Shown here: one piece after another, positions 1 to 10,925 of the stretch
Numbering within the stretch: position 1 is the stretch's first letter
Layout of the letters: each line of letters opens with the position of its first letter
Assembly (NCBI GenBank): GCA_965153455.1
Contig: OZ234494.1
Span: 4,154,001-4,218,000 of the forward strand
Origin: Sphagnum compactum
Lineage: Eukaryota
DNA length: 64,000 bases
Reading direction: 5' to 3'
Made by a program: the position numbers and the translations under genes
Notes under the pieces: model-generated
The model's input: only the letters and a program-made list of their open reading frames with translations
Told to the model about the DNA's origin: nothing
Databases searched by the model: none

Positions 1-739
1 AAACACGAACAATAAAAACACAAAACACTAAAACATTGAAACATTCAAGGAACTTTTCAAGCTCCCCAAAATTAAAAGTACAAAGTGACAAAAAAGTTTA
101 CTTCTTGTTAATTTCCTAAGCAACAATGATTATCGATGCCAATATTTCCCAATTCATCTAGCAACAAGATGAATTTGATGCCTCTTGATTCATCAAGCAA
201 CAAAATGTAGCTAATGCCTTTTGATTCGTCTTACAACAAAACCAAGCCAATGCCTTTCAATTCACCAAAAAACAAAACACCATTATAAGAAATCAAAGTT
301 TTTTTTTATTAGGAAAATTGGTGAAAAATTACCCCAAATGGCCCCTGTCCGACTTGACCAAGGTGCCATCTTCAACCAGTCATTTTGGACCCGACAATTT
401 TGACTGGGTCTTTTTGGTTGGTTTTTTGAGTGGATTTTTTTATTTTTTTTTTACTAGTCAACAATATTTTGATAGCAAGTATATGTGATTAATTTTTTTA
501 ATAATAATAATAATCACATTTATTTATCTATTAATTAATAAATTTAGCTACCTACATTACCTAATAATTAATGTACAAAATAAAATAAAATAATTCACCT
601 ACTTACCTATGCTATTTAGCCTAGGCCCCCTAATTTAGGTAACCTAAGCCAGGTGGTTAACTTTAGACCTACTTGCCTAGGTGGCTTAGGTTAGCTATTT
701 AAACCACATAAAGTTAAGGTAGCCAAGGTAACCAATGTT

Positions 740-810
740 GTATGTGTGAGGATTTGAACTCCTCACTTCCACTTTGGGGAGTCAAGTCCTTACCATTAGA
801 CTACCACTTC
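740..810 (-). other. tRNA-like sequence (tRNA-derived SINE head or tRNA pseudogene)
   Basis: Minus strand reads GTGGTAGTCTAATGGTAAGGAC...GTGAGGAGTTCAAATCCTCAC. It has an A-box-like TAGTCTAATGG, a B-box-like GAGTTCAAATCC and a 7-bp T-arm-like hairpin. Acceptor and anticodon stems do not close. Confidence 0.45.
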
Positions 811-3800
811 AAAAGTTGAAAACTTTTGTCATCATATTGTAATAAATTTGATTCAATTTTTTGTTTCAATGTACATATTGTAACATTCATCAACGAACTT
901 TAGTATTTTGTATTAATTATTTAAATAGGAGGTTACACCATGTACCAAATATTTACCTAGATAACATGTAGGCACCTACGTCTAGTAGGTTACTACATGT
1001 TATTATCTCAATTAGTAAAAAATAAATAACAATGATTGGTTAATTACTATCAATTATAAAATATTAATTAATTAACGTACTAAGTTTAAGTACTTACATG
1101 TGCCTAAAGGTAGCATGTAGGTAGCCTATTAAACATTATAAATATTTATTAGGTGTAATATGCTTAATTTAGGGCCTATTAGCTATGAACTTAGGTTTGG
1201 AATGTACCTTAAGCAACATAAACTTGTAGGTTAAGTAACCAAATTAGTATGGTTGATTTGATTAAGTTTCAAATTAGAATGGCAAATCTGATTAATTGTA
1301 AATCATAATGGCCATTGAGTATGGTCAATTTGACTAAACCTTGGTCATCTTGATGGACCTTTGGCCTTTTTGACCAGATGTAGGTGAAAGCACGATTAAA
1401 TATACATTTTGTGATCCTTGTCAAGAAAAATGTAAAATAGTCATAAAATAAGCTTTAACATATCAAATTTTAAAATATTATTTAATTTAATGATCAATAT
1501 GAACATATTATTTGAATTTATGTCAATGATATTGAAAACTCACTTGTTTAAAGTAAATTTAAGTAGATTTCTAAAAAAAGCAAACAATTTTTATTTTATT
1601 TTCTAGGTTGCCCAAAGAAACAAAGTAGGTTTCAAGTAGATGTAATATTGAATTTTACTTTCTTGGTTAATGGCCATTTAAAATTCACTTACGCATTTTC
1701 AACTTTCAAAGTAAAAATAATAATATCTTATCTCAATCTTTTAATATAAAAATAATTTTGAACACAGTTTCACCAATCAATTTCAAAAATATTTTTGATT
1801 TTCTTTTCATACACTAAAGTTTTCCAAATTTTCTATACAACATACTATAAACTCAATATCGTGCACCATGATAGTTTAACAATGATTGAAAAAGTTTCAA
1901 CTTCACTTTCTTGCATTTATGTGTAAAAATATGACTGTAACTATTCATAGCTACTTTTGTTGTACACTTATCATGTTTTCACTCACGTTCGGTTTGTTGC
2001 ATGGTCAAAAAGGTCACTTTAGTCAAATGTTTTAGTCAAAAAAAATTCGTGTCTTTCATGCCACAATCAAAATGACCATCCTCCTTGGACAATGTGAATA
2101 TTTTAGTCAAGTTGAACCTTTTGAAAACTCACGTTTTTTTGTAGTGCACAAAGTTGATTTGCCAAGCAACAAAACACAAAACCAAAGCCCTTCCCTCCCA
2201 ATTTGTTGAACAACAAACCAAAAACAACAAAGACAAAATTTAAATGCAAATCACAACAAAAAAGAATCGAATAAATTAAAAGCACATAGTGCATTGCAAA
2301 GGACATGTACAGTTTTTGCAAAATTCACAGCAAAATGAAGCATTGAAACACAAAATGAAACATTTACTTCTTGCAAAGTTCACAATAGAATGAAGCATTA
2401 AAATAATAATGACACTTTCAATTCTTGTGACGTCCACAACAAAAAAGAGAGAAAAAGAACCCAATGAGTTCAAAAGAAAAGTATGAAAAACCCCACCCTA
2501 TATTATGAGAAGCTTAGAGCAAATCTTACATTTACAAAATTGACTTATAAAAAATAATTTCAACAAAAGTGTAAAAAACATAAAAGTGCAAAGAAAATTG
2601 CAAAGTCTTGAAAGGAGATTGCAATGGGTTCTCCTTACACCCTAAATAATGTAAACCTAAAATAATATACATATGTGGCATTTTCAGAACCCTAATGAGC
2701 TGGATATCAATTTGTGTATAACATAATGGCCATGTACAATTACATATAAGCGTCATACATATAAAGAACATTTGATAGTTGTGTATAAGGCGAGATTCAA
2801 AAAGTTAAAAAAGTCAAGTTTTGGATGAATACACACCCGATGATTATTTGGATGCGTAACCACATTTTTCTATATAACTTGCCAACATTGGTTATTTCCT
2901 CATTTGAAGGGGTCAAGGAGGTTTTCATGTTGTTTTCCATTTTTGAATAACATTGCCCCTTCAAGGGTTGTTTGCATGATTGTTTCCTGAGGTTGTAGTG
3001 TTCATTCATTCATGATTGCCTTTCATTTTGAGCTTGTTCATGGACGCCTCCAAAAACATTTCACATTTGAGGGATGCAAATTCTTTTCATAACAGCTCTT
3101 ATAGTTGCAAACAGGGTGTTTTTCCCCCCACTTTGTGATATAAATTTTTTGATGAATCCCCAAGAATTATCACACCATCAAGCCCATTCTCATGCACCTA
3201 CCTTCAATTTGCTTCAAACTACATATAAACTTTGGTTTACATCAATAGAACACACTATCTTCTCACCATCCGCACAACAGCAATGCAAAAAATATAGTCA
3301 ACAAAGTTCTTCTTTTGGACAATAGCTATTATGGGTATTAGACATAATATTACACAGTGTGTTTCCATGTTAATTTGTAGGAATGTGACAACTAGGTAGC
3401 TTTGTACTAATTATTATTTTTGACTCAATAGTGCAAAGGGCATCACACTCAAGGTTAGTGTAAAGGAGATCCTATCTTGGTGATCTATATGGTGCTCAAT
3501 CTTTTAAGTTCAACAAATGAGTAAATGTCATTCAACCAAATCCCCACAAACTTGTATAACCATTACTTGTATTCATGCATGCACATAATTGGAAAATAAC
3601 TTCTCATGGAGACATACTTTACGTAACATAGTACCTTTTTGTGTTCAGGAGTAATTAAAAGTGTTTTTAGGTATTGTTGAATTTTTTGTAAATGATTTAA
3701 AAAAAATTAATGCTGAAATTTAAGGAAACTATAAGATACGAAAAAATACAAAAATTGGTGGAAACCCAGGAGCTTCTCTATCATATTAGTGGAACATTAT

Positions 3801-4550
3801 GTCTTCCCAATTTTTGCAAAAAGAAGCAATGCAAAATGTTGTAAAAGGTCCTATTAAGTTAGAGGTTCAGGGTCCCATAAAACCTACCAAAAAAGTTGCC
3901 TATATTTTATTATATTACTGGAATTTCATAAACTATAAATTTTACTGCTGAAAAGGATTTTTAAAAAATAAAAATAAAAATTCAACACCCAAGTGCCAAA
4001 CCTCAAAAGGTACTACGATATTTGCATAATTACAAATGTAACTTGCTTGTATGACACTATGCCTTTGAAATTCGATATAGCGGGTTTTTTGACATGTGTA
4101 CATAAAGGGTGTTTTCATAAGCACAAATGAAATGGCTTTTGGAATTTAAAAAGCTGGATTAATATAGAGAAGAACCTTGAAAACAAGTTTTAAAAAATTA
4201 TTATAAAAATCAATTTAAATAAAATAAAATAAACAAACCCCTTCCTATATTAAATTTGAAAGACATTTTTGTTTTGAAACCCTCTTTAAAGCTATGCTAC
4301 TCATAATGATGGCAGTCATGAAAACACAATAATGTCAGATATTGAAGCAGTTTTTTTTGTTTTGTTTTGTTTTTGCTTTGTTTTTTTCTTCCCATTTTTC
4401 TGATGTAACATCATTACCTACCAATCATCCCAAACAAGAATTTGCATCAATTGTGTGTGAATAGGCTTGTACAAAATCTGTCCAAAAAGCTGCCCTACAA
4501 CTGAAAAGTGTTGGCCAGATGTTGCAAACGTTCAGTAAAAATTATTTTTG

Positions 4551-4755
4551 TTGGCCTTGCCTACTACCAAGGCCCTTAAGGATATTGTGTGTAGATTCAT
4601 TATAGAGTATAGTAGTAGCTTAAGGCATTTTGGCCCCCCTAGGTAATAAATAATAACAGGTCTATTTCTGAAAAATGAGATTTTGGGTTGTGAGATTTAG
4701 TTATAGAGTTATAATATCTTGAAGGATTTTGGTTTGTTTTAGAGAATTTTTTGAA
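4551..4755 (+). repeat. About 200-bp repeat, inverted partner of 10712-10925
   Basis: GGATATTGTGT.TAGATTCATTATAGAGTATAGTAG, CCCCTAGGTAATAA and ATATCTTGAAGGATTTTGGTT match the reverse complement of 10712-10925 in colinear order. Confidence 0.8.
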
Positions 4756-4954
4756 AACAAAATCCCCATATCACCAGATTTTTATGATACATTCTAAGTA
4801 GTGTTTTTGTATAATTTTTGGGTGGGGTTTGGGGGGGGGGGGGGGGGGGGGGACTTGGCGATTTAGAATGGAAAAACTAGTCAAATTTTACTATATAAAA
4901 AATAAATTCCAACAATTCCCAAGGTAAATTTTTTGTCAAAAACTTAATAAACAT

Positions 4955-5600
4955 TGAATTCCAGTAGGTAGCCAAGAATATAGAAGGAGATATATATATT
5001 TGTTTTTATCATTACTTTCGTATCTTGTATATACCCCAAATTTGTGGTGTTTTCCCTTTCTTTTTGGGATGATTGTCACTTTGGCTACATGATGACAAAA
5101 TTGCCAAAGAAAGAATATGATTTCAACCTACATAGTGAAAGGAATTTTCAGCTTTTTTCCCCTTCCAAATTGCCAGATTTGTATTAAGTTCCAGTAGGTG
5201 GCCACGAAAATAGAATGATCCATGTTTTTTAAGAAATTACTTTCATATCTGGTATATAGCCAAATTTACATAACAACCTTGGAGAGGTTTCATAGTGAAA
5301 AATTTAGGACTACAAAGCCTCCACACAGGAAGATGTAGAAAAAGTGGCAATAATCGTTCGGAATGATTTGTTAAATCTGACTGTATAAAAAATTACGACT
5401 TATAAATTTTTTGTCATCCTTCTATATTTTTGGCTACACACTGAAAATAAAATATAAAAAATATGTCCAAATTATTAAAATTATTATGCTTATTATTATT
5501 TCCCGCCTATGGCGATAGAAAACCTCCAAAATGACTTCAATTTCAAGTTTTTAATTTTTAATTTCGCTTTTTTGGCGAAATTTCTCCCCCGATTTTTTAA
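4955..5600. repeat. Cluster of a dispersed short repeat family (GTAGCCAA / TTTGGCTAC / TAGAAGGA motifs)
   Basis: TTCCAGTAGGT.GCCA recurs near 4960 and 5190. Related AAGTGG.GATCA..CATA.GA.GATTTA.CCA.ATTTGG blocks occur near 9930, 26820, 28090 and in the mirrored right-arm copies. Confidence 0.55.
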
Positions 5601-5646
5601 AAAAGAGGCTGATGATGCACACAGCACAAAAAAGAAGTTACTACAG

Positions 5647-7197
5647 TTAGTTACAATTTTGGAGTCCATCCAATCTCGGGTTAAAAGGGAAACCCTGTAC
5701 TACCATTCCGTGTCCAATAATGTCGTCTAATAACTCTCCAATTATGTATGGACACCGCGGTAACCAGCGCCACACCTTCTCATACAAGTCAAGAATCAGC
5801 ATCTCTGGACTATTCTGCATTGTAATCAGAATTAGGTCACCGTTTCCAACGCAACTGAACAGCAACACCACTTCTTGTGACGAGGACGACTCCTCACAAG
5901 AACGAGAAGAAGAAGAAGAAGAAGAAGAAGAAACCCTAATTAAGAAATCCTCGTACAAGGCTTGCGGCATTCTCTCCAGTTCAACCCATGATGTGCAGTT
6001 TTTCGCGGAGGATTGATGCTGCTGTTGTTGTTGTTGTCGTTGTAAACCCCACATGCGGATGCTCTTTGGCACGTTGAGTCTGTTCTTTTCCACTGCGGCT
6101 ACCAGGACCAGACGTCCCCGACAAACCACAAGATTGGGTGTTCTGATGAACCTTTTCATGGGAGCTTGGATGTTTGTCCACTCTTCTTGTTCTATGTCAT
6201 ATGCTAGCACACTGAAGGGATTATAGTTCATGCAGTAGAAAGTACCTTGGACGAAGACTGTCTTTCCGGATTCCAAGTTGCAGAGTCGAGGTAACGCAGT
6301 TGAGGCCATTCTCCAGCGATTTGTTCGCGAGTCGTAAACTTCTGTGGTCAAGTTCTTCACAGCGAACGGGGATATCATGTCGTCCCCTGCAACCATCACC
6401 TTGTACGAATTCGTCTCCGGGTTCACTACAATGCCCACAGTTGGAACGAATCGTTCTTTGAGAGTACAAGGAAGCTCAATGCACGTCTTCGTCAGTGGGT
6501 TGCAAACTAACAGCTTCTTGCATGATGATCTAGAAGCCATCACGCGGGTCTCAGAATATATACTGCAGCACAAAATGCCGTCGGCTGTTGCCACCACACG
6601 AGCACCCGGAGGAAGAAATGACAGCGGTAGCTTGCTCCATTTTCTTGCGCAAGGGTTGTAAAGCCATCCCTCGCTGGTCAAGGTTATCGCCGGTTCCTTG
6701 AGCATGAGAAACCATGGTCTTCTTGTGGTTGTGCCGCCAATTTGGGAGCAGATTTGCAGAAATCTGCTGGAATACATGAGGGAGTTCCATTGTTTGCAGA
6801 CGGATCGGAAGCGGAAAAAACTGGGTAAAGGCAGAAATGCCAGAATTCTTTCCATTACTTGCTCTGGAAGATGGCTCCAGAGGCCGCTTGTATCATCCAG
6901 AACTTGTCTTTGTTGCTGATCCGAGTCATGATGATCATAACTCTGCCTGAACTCTAAGCACTCTGACGCACACCGGAGCTGTGTTATAGCTGCTGGATCT
7001 TCCATACAGTGCTGCACCTTATAAATTACAATGGATTGATCAGTACTATCAGCTCTCGCTCCTGGAGGAGCTGGACAGGTCGGAACTAGCTGCAACTGAT
7101 CAGCTGGTACGAAACCCCCTACACGCTGCTCGCGAGATTTGGATCCTGGCAACTTTCCAGAAACCTTGGCATAGTTCCCACGAAAGATCTGTATCAT
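5647..7197 (-). CDS. UFO: F-box/kelch-repeat protein, UNUSUAL FLORAL ORGANS / FIMBRIATA / APO1 clade (main coding exon; true start probably upstream)
   Basis: Intact 516-aa ORF. F-box: WSHLPEQVMERILAFLPLPSFFRFRSVCKQWNSL. C-terminal blocks DMISPFAVKNL, LPRLCNLESGK, FYCMNYNPFSVL, IQAPMKRF, LVAAVEKNRLNVPKSIRMW and WVELERMPQ closely match the UFO-family signature as I recall it (DLISPYAVKNL, LPRLCSLESGK, FYCMNYSPFSVL, IQAPMRRF, VAAVEKSKLNVPKSLRLW, WVEIERMPQ). Confidence 0.92.
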   Translation of the reverse strand: MIQIFRGNYAKVSGKLPGSKSREQRVGGFVPADQLQLVPTCPAPPGARADSTDQSIVIYKVQHCMEDPAAITQLRCASECLEFRQSYDHHDSDQQQRQVLDDTSGLWSHLPEQVMERILAFLPLPSFFRFRSVCKQWNSLMYSSRFLQICSQIGGTTTRRPWFLMLKEPAITLTSEGWLYNPCARKWSKLPLSFLPPGARVVATADGILCCSIYSETRVMASRSSCKKLLVCNPLTKTCIELPCTLKERFVPTVGIVVNPETNSYKVMVAGDDMISPFAVKNLTTEVYDSRTNRWRMASTALPRLCNLESGKTVFVQGTFYCMNYNPFSVLAYDIEQEEWTNIQAPMKRFIRTPNLVVCRGRLVLVAAVEKNRLNVPKSIRMWGLQRQQQQQQHQSSAKNCTSWVELERMPQALYEDFLIRVSSSSSSSSSRSCEESSSSQEVVLLFSCVGNGDLILITMQNSPEMLILDLYEKVWRWLPRCPYIIGELLDDIIGHGMVVQGFPFNPRLDGLQNCN

Positions 7198-7741
7198 ATA
7201 TATATATATATATATATATATTGCAAAGAGCTGATCAAGGCCAGCTGCGTGGTCTCTTTGCTATGCGCTCCCGATGATCATTCCATGTCGTAATATGTAT
7301 GCAGATCATGCGAAGACACGAAGAGCTCTCCAATTTCCAACTGGAGCACGCAAGACAGTAGTATGATCAGATGGATAATGCTGTGGAACAGCTAACCAGG
7401 AACGTCCTGCGAAAGGCGCATAACCAGAACAGATCCCGAGGAACGTGCAAAAGAAAGCGCATGTCCAGAACGTGCGAAAGGCGCATGTCCATATTACTTC
7501 AGAGACAGAAGAGAATAGAAGAAACTCAGTACTAGTGTTCAGCAAAAACGATACATAGCATGACGAGATGTCCATTATGTGGACAGGAAGTCGGAAGGAC
7601 AAGGAAATCGACCTAAAGTTGTGCACAGTTTTGGTAGTGTATAAAAACGAGCAACCTGCAGCTGCTGTTTCTTCTTCTCATTCTGCGCAGCAATGATCAT
7701 CAGAGAAGCAAAAGGTTTTTGTATTGTAGGAGAATACTTAC

Positions 7742-7795
7742 CCTGTAAGAGAGAAGAGCTTTTCTGCAGGGAATGGCGGCTCCCATCATCATCAT
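7742..7795 (-). CDS. Putative upstream coding exon of the UFO-like gene (MMMMGAAIPCRKALLSYR)
   Basis: Phase-0 donor AGG|GTAAGTA at 7741 and phase-0 acceptor ATACAG|ATC at 7189 join in frame to IFRGNYAK. An alternative in-frame ATG lies at 7993. Confidence 0.45.
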
Positions 7796-8043
7796 CAGTA
7801 CTGGTTCATTCGTCTCTCGATTCACTCCAGGAATCATAAACAGCTTCCAAACTGCATGAAAGTCAAGCAGAGTTGAGACTCGATACAAGAAGTTTATTCT
7901 TTGAACACAAAGACAAGAACCCGAATAAGATAGGCTGCGACTGATAATCAAAAGAGAACAAAAGAAGCTGCAGAAGCTGTTAACGTTGGACATGCGAAAC
8001 GACCAAGCAGAAGCAATAACTGCTGACGAAACTCACGAAAACG

Positions 8044-8247
8044 CTGCACACACATATATAAATAAACAAAAAACAAAAAAAAGAAGCTCGTAATCAGCAA
8101 CAACAGCAGCAACTAGGAAAGCATGCAGCGCGCAGCAGGAGGAGGAGGTCATTCATGCGTTGCTGCTGATCCCGGGTCATGCGGGACGAGGGATCGCAAC
8201 GTCTTCATGCGTCGTATTTGACGAAAAGAAAACCCCAAAATACTTAC
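8044..8247 (-). other. Putative 5' UTR intron of the UFO-like gene
   Basis: Donor TCT|GTAAGTA at 8247 and a T-rich tract ending TGTGTGCAG at 8044. The GC-rich, CT-repeat region at about 8250-8560 looks like a first exon or promoter. Confidence 0.45.
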
Positions 8248-10711
8248 AGATGCAGGAAACTAACAAATGATTGGGGGGAGGAGGGAGGGGGCGGGGGCGC
8301 GTCGCAGCTGCTGCAAAGCGAGGAGGCGAGAAATCCCAATACTAAAAAGCTGTGCACTGAGAGAGTGTCAAAATCTGAACGGACATTCAATAACGAGTAC
8401 TGCAACAGTAGCAGCAGCAGGAGCAGCGACAGCACGCATGAACCGAAATGCGAGCGAGAGAGAGCGAGCAGCAACGCGGGAGCCGCGGGGCAGCAGCGCT
8501 TTCACTTATCACAGCTGACGCGGGGTGGGGGGGGGGCCGGGGAGAGAAAGGCGTTTCTTCGTAATAACCGCTGGAACAACACCTGCCTCCCTTCTTACTA
8601 ACCATCTCACTAATCTTAACCACTAACTAACAGCTAATATAACGAACTACAGAGCTTTCTTATTCATAACGTCTTTCTTTATTATTAGGACCTTAAATTA
8701 ATATAACTTTTGTAATTCATTTTAATTATTGTAACTTACTCCCATCTTTAGCTTCTCCCCAACCATACATGTCTTCTCATGAGTCCTCATCCCTTGAGTA
8801 AAGAAACGTCCTTCTAAATCTGCTACTGTAGGTTATTTTCTTTTATTATTATTATTATTATTAATTTACTTAATAAATTTTAATGAGGAGGGTGGAGAGG
8901 GGGGTGGGAATGAATTGGACTGTATACCTGATTTTTATTTCTGTCATAATGGAATTATTTGATTTAGTTGATGAGAATAGTATAGTTTTGGTTAGGACTT
9001 ATGAGTGTATTTTGCTCCAACTGTAGAAATTTACTTAATTAATAAAAAGCCAAACTCAGAAATCCACCACTTTTTGTGCCAATTTGAGTTTCATCTGGTT
9101 TTGACCCATCTTTCCTTTTTCCTGAGCGCCTCCACTGCTGCTACGTATATTTTCAATGCTCCTACATGTACAAATATAACTACCTCGAACCTTGTGCATT
9201 CAATGCTGAGATAGTTTCAGCATTTCATACTCAGATTTAATAATACTTCCTACTTTGCGGACCTCATCAAAGAGGGGGGACAGGGGGTGAAACGTGGCCC
9301 AAGGGTGAAGACAGGATGACTTTAATGAAAACTCCATTGAATAATGGTTTTGTGAACTCTAATTTCATGCATCTTATGTTCTTCTTCTCAATTCATAACA
9401 TCATTGACACCAATGTTCATGAACTACAAAGTTCCTGGACCTCATGTCTCATCCTTCAGGCAGAGTCACTGACAGCTTGAATGGTGTCTTAACAATTTCA
9501 TATTCCAAGTTATTGCTGAAAATTTATTGCCCTCTCTGCCAACAAACAGAAAATTCAGTACCCTCACCTGAAATATATAATATGGGCCCTTTTCTTGGGG
9601 AGTATTTATTAAATTTAGCTTGGGGAAAAATGTAAGAGAAAATACCCACTCAAACTTGACATCTACAATTTTTTTTAAAAAAAAAGAGTAAGTGGGCAGT
9701 ATTTTTTTAGGGTTGGAAACTAACAACCTAACAACTACTACCTATGTTTTTAAATCCCTAATTAGGTTTAAATATGGTATAGCCTGGTTTACACTTTTGT
9801 AATGAAAACTTTAGTATTAAATTGTGATGTTTTTCCAGGGCAACAGGTTTAGCCATGGCCTCCTCCTACCTGCTGTTGCCCCTGGAAAAGACCCCAGGGT
9901 TTATTTTTCTTCAATTTTGTGATGTAGCTGAAGTGGAGATCAGCCATAAGAGGCTTTAGCCAGATTTGGCTTCATACTCGATATGAAAGTTTTTAAAAAA
10001 AACGCAGAATCCTTCTATGCATTTTGTCTATTTACTGGAACTTATCATAAAAATCTGGAAATTTTGGAATTTCTTTTCCTTCAAAATTCTACGAATTTGG
10101 GCCTTTTTTTTTTTTCAATTACAAATCCTTGTATTGGTTGAAATAACATTTTTCAGGTCGAAATTTGGCGAAATTCCACCAAGGAAAAAAAAGAAGAAAA
10201 AAAAAAAGCACTGAAAGACACATACTAAAAATACTAATTAGCCGAAATATTAACCAACAATCCCACCGTCCATCCACAAGTCTAATTGGCCTTAATTTTG
10301 GGGATCCCAACAACAGGCGAGTACCAATAAGTACTTTGTCTGCAAGTGTGTGTTAAATAGTGGAGCTGGTACACACTAACTGCACACACGCCTCATCTCC
10401 AAAATGATTAGAAGCCTGCCACACACATTCTCCATAATAATATTACTTGTGCACCACTTACTTACTGTCCGTTTTTTAAAGGATCCATAATCTAATGAGT
10501 ACCATTAAATTCTTGCATTCAAAATCAACCCCTTACTTTTGATATGCTCTTGTAGTCTGCACAATAAGAGGCTAAAGGCCCTAAAAGTGGGACACAAAAC
10601 AAGGGATGTGTCACACTGTGGCCTTGCCATTTACCTTTTAAAAGTATTTTAAGGCAAAAAGAAGAATTATGGAAACTCAAATATATTTCATCATGCAAAA
10701 ATATAATCTTC

Positions 10712-10925
10712 GAAAAAAACTTCTAAAAGCAACCAAAATCCTTCAAGATATTTATAACTCTATTATAACTAATCTCAACACAAGCCAAAATATCATGTTT
10801 CGAAAATCCTCATATAAAAATAGACCTATTATTATTACCTAGGGGCCTATAAAAATCCCTTAAGCTACTATACTCTATAATGAATCTAAACACAATATCC
10901 CTCTTGCCTTGGTAGGCAAGTCCAA
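10712..10925 (-). repeat. About 200-bp repeat, inverted partner of 4551-4755
   Basis: Its reverse complement aligns to 4551-4755, roughly 75-80% identity by eye. Confidence 0.8.

Noticed and set aside
2800-3650. Possible decayed coding sequence on the minus strand (HHIDHQD, HxD-like)
   Set aside because: Too few motifs to assign a family such as a 2OG-Fe(II) oxygenase by eye.
5720-6919. Several short ORFs overlapping the UFO-like CDS
   Set aside because: Shadow ORFs on the opposite strand or in alternative frames of a GC-richer coding region.
8179-8623. ORFs of 76-140 aa in the GC-rich patch
   Set aside because: Low-complexity translations, better explained as the promoter or first exon of the UFO-like gene.
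9831-9889. Short inverted repeat TTTTCCAGGGCAACAG / CTGTTGCCCCTGGAAAA
   Set aside because: A real but small hairpin with no TSD or second copy in the window, so no functional claim is supportable.
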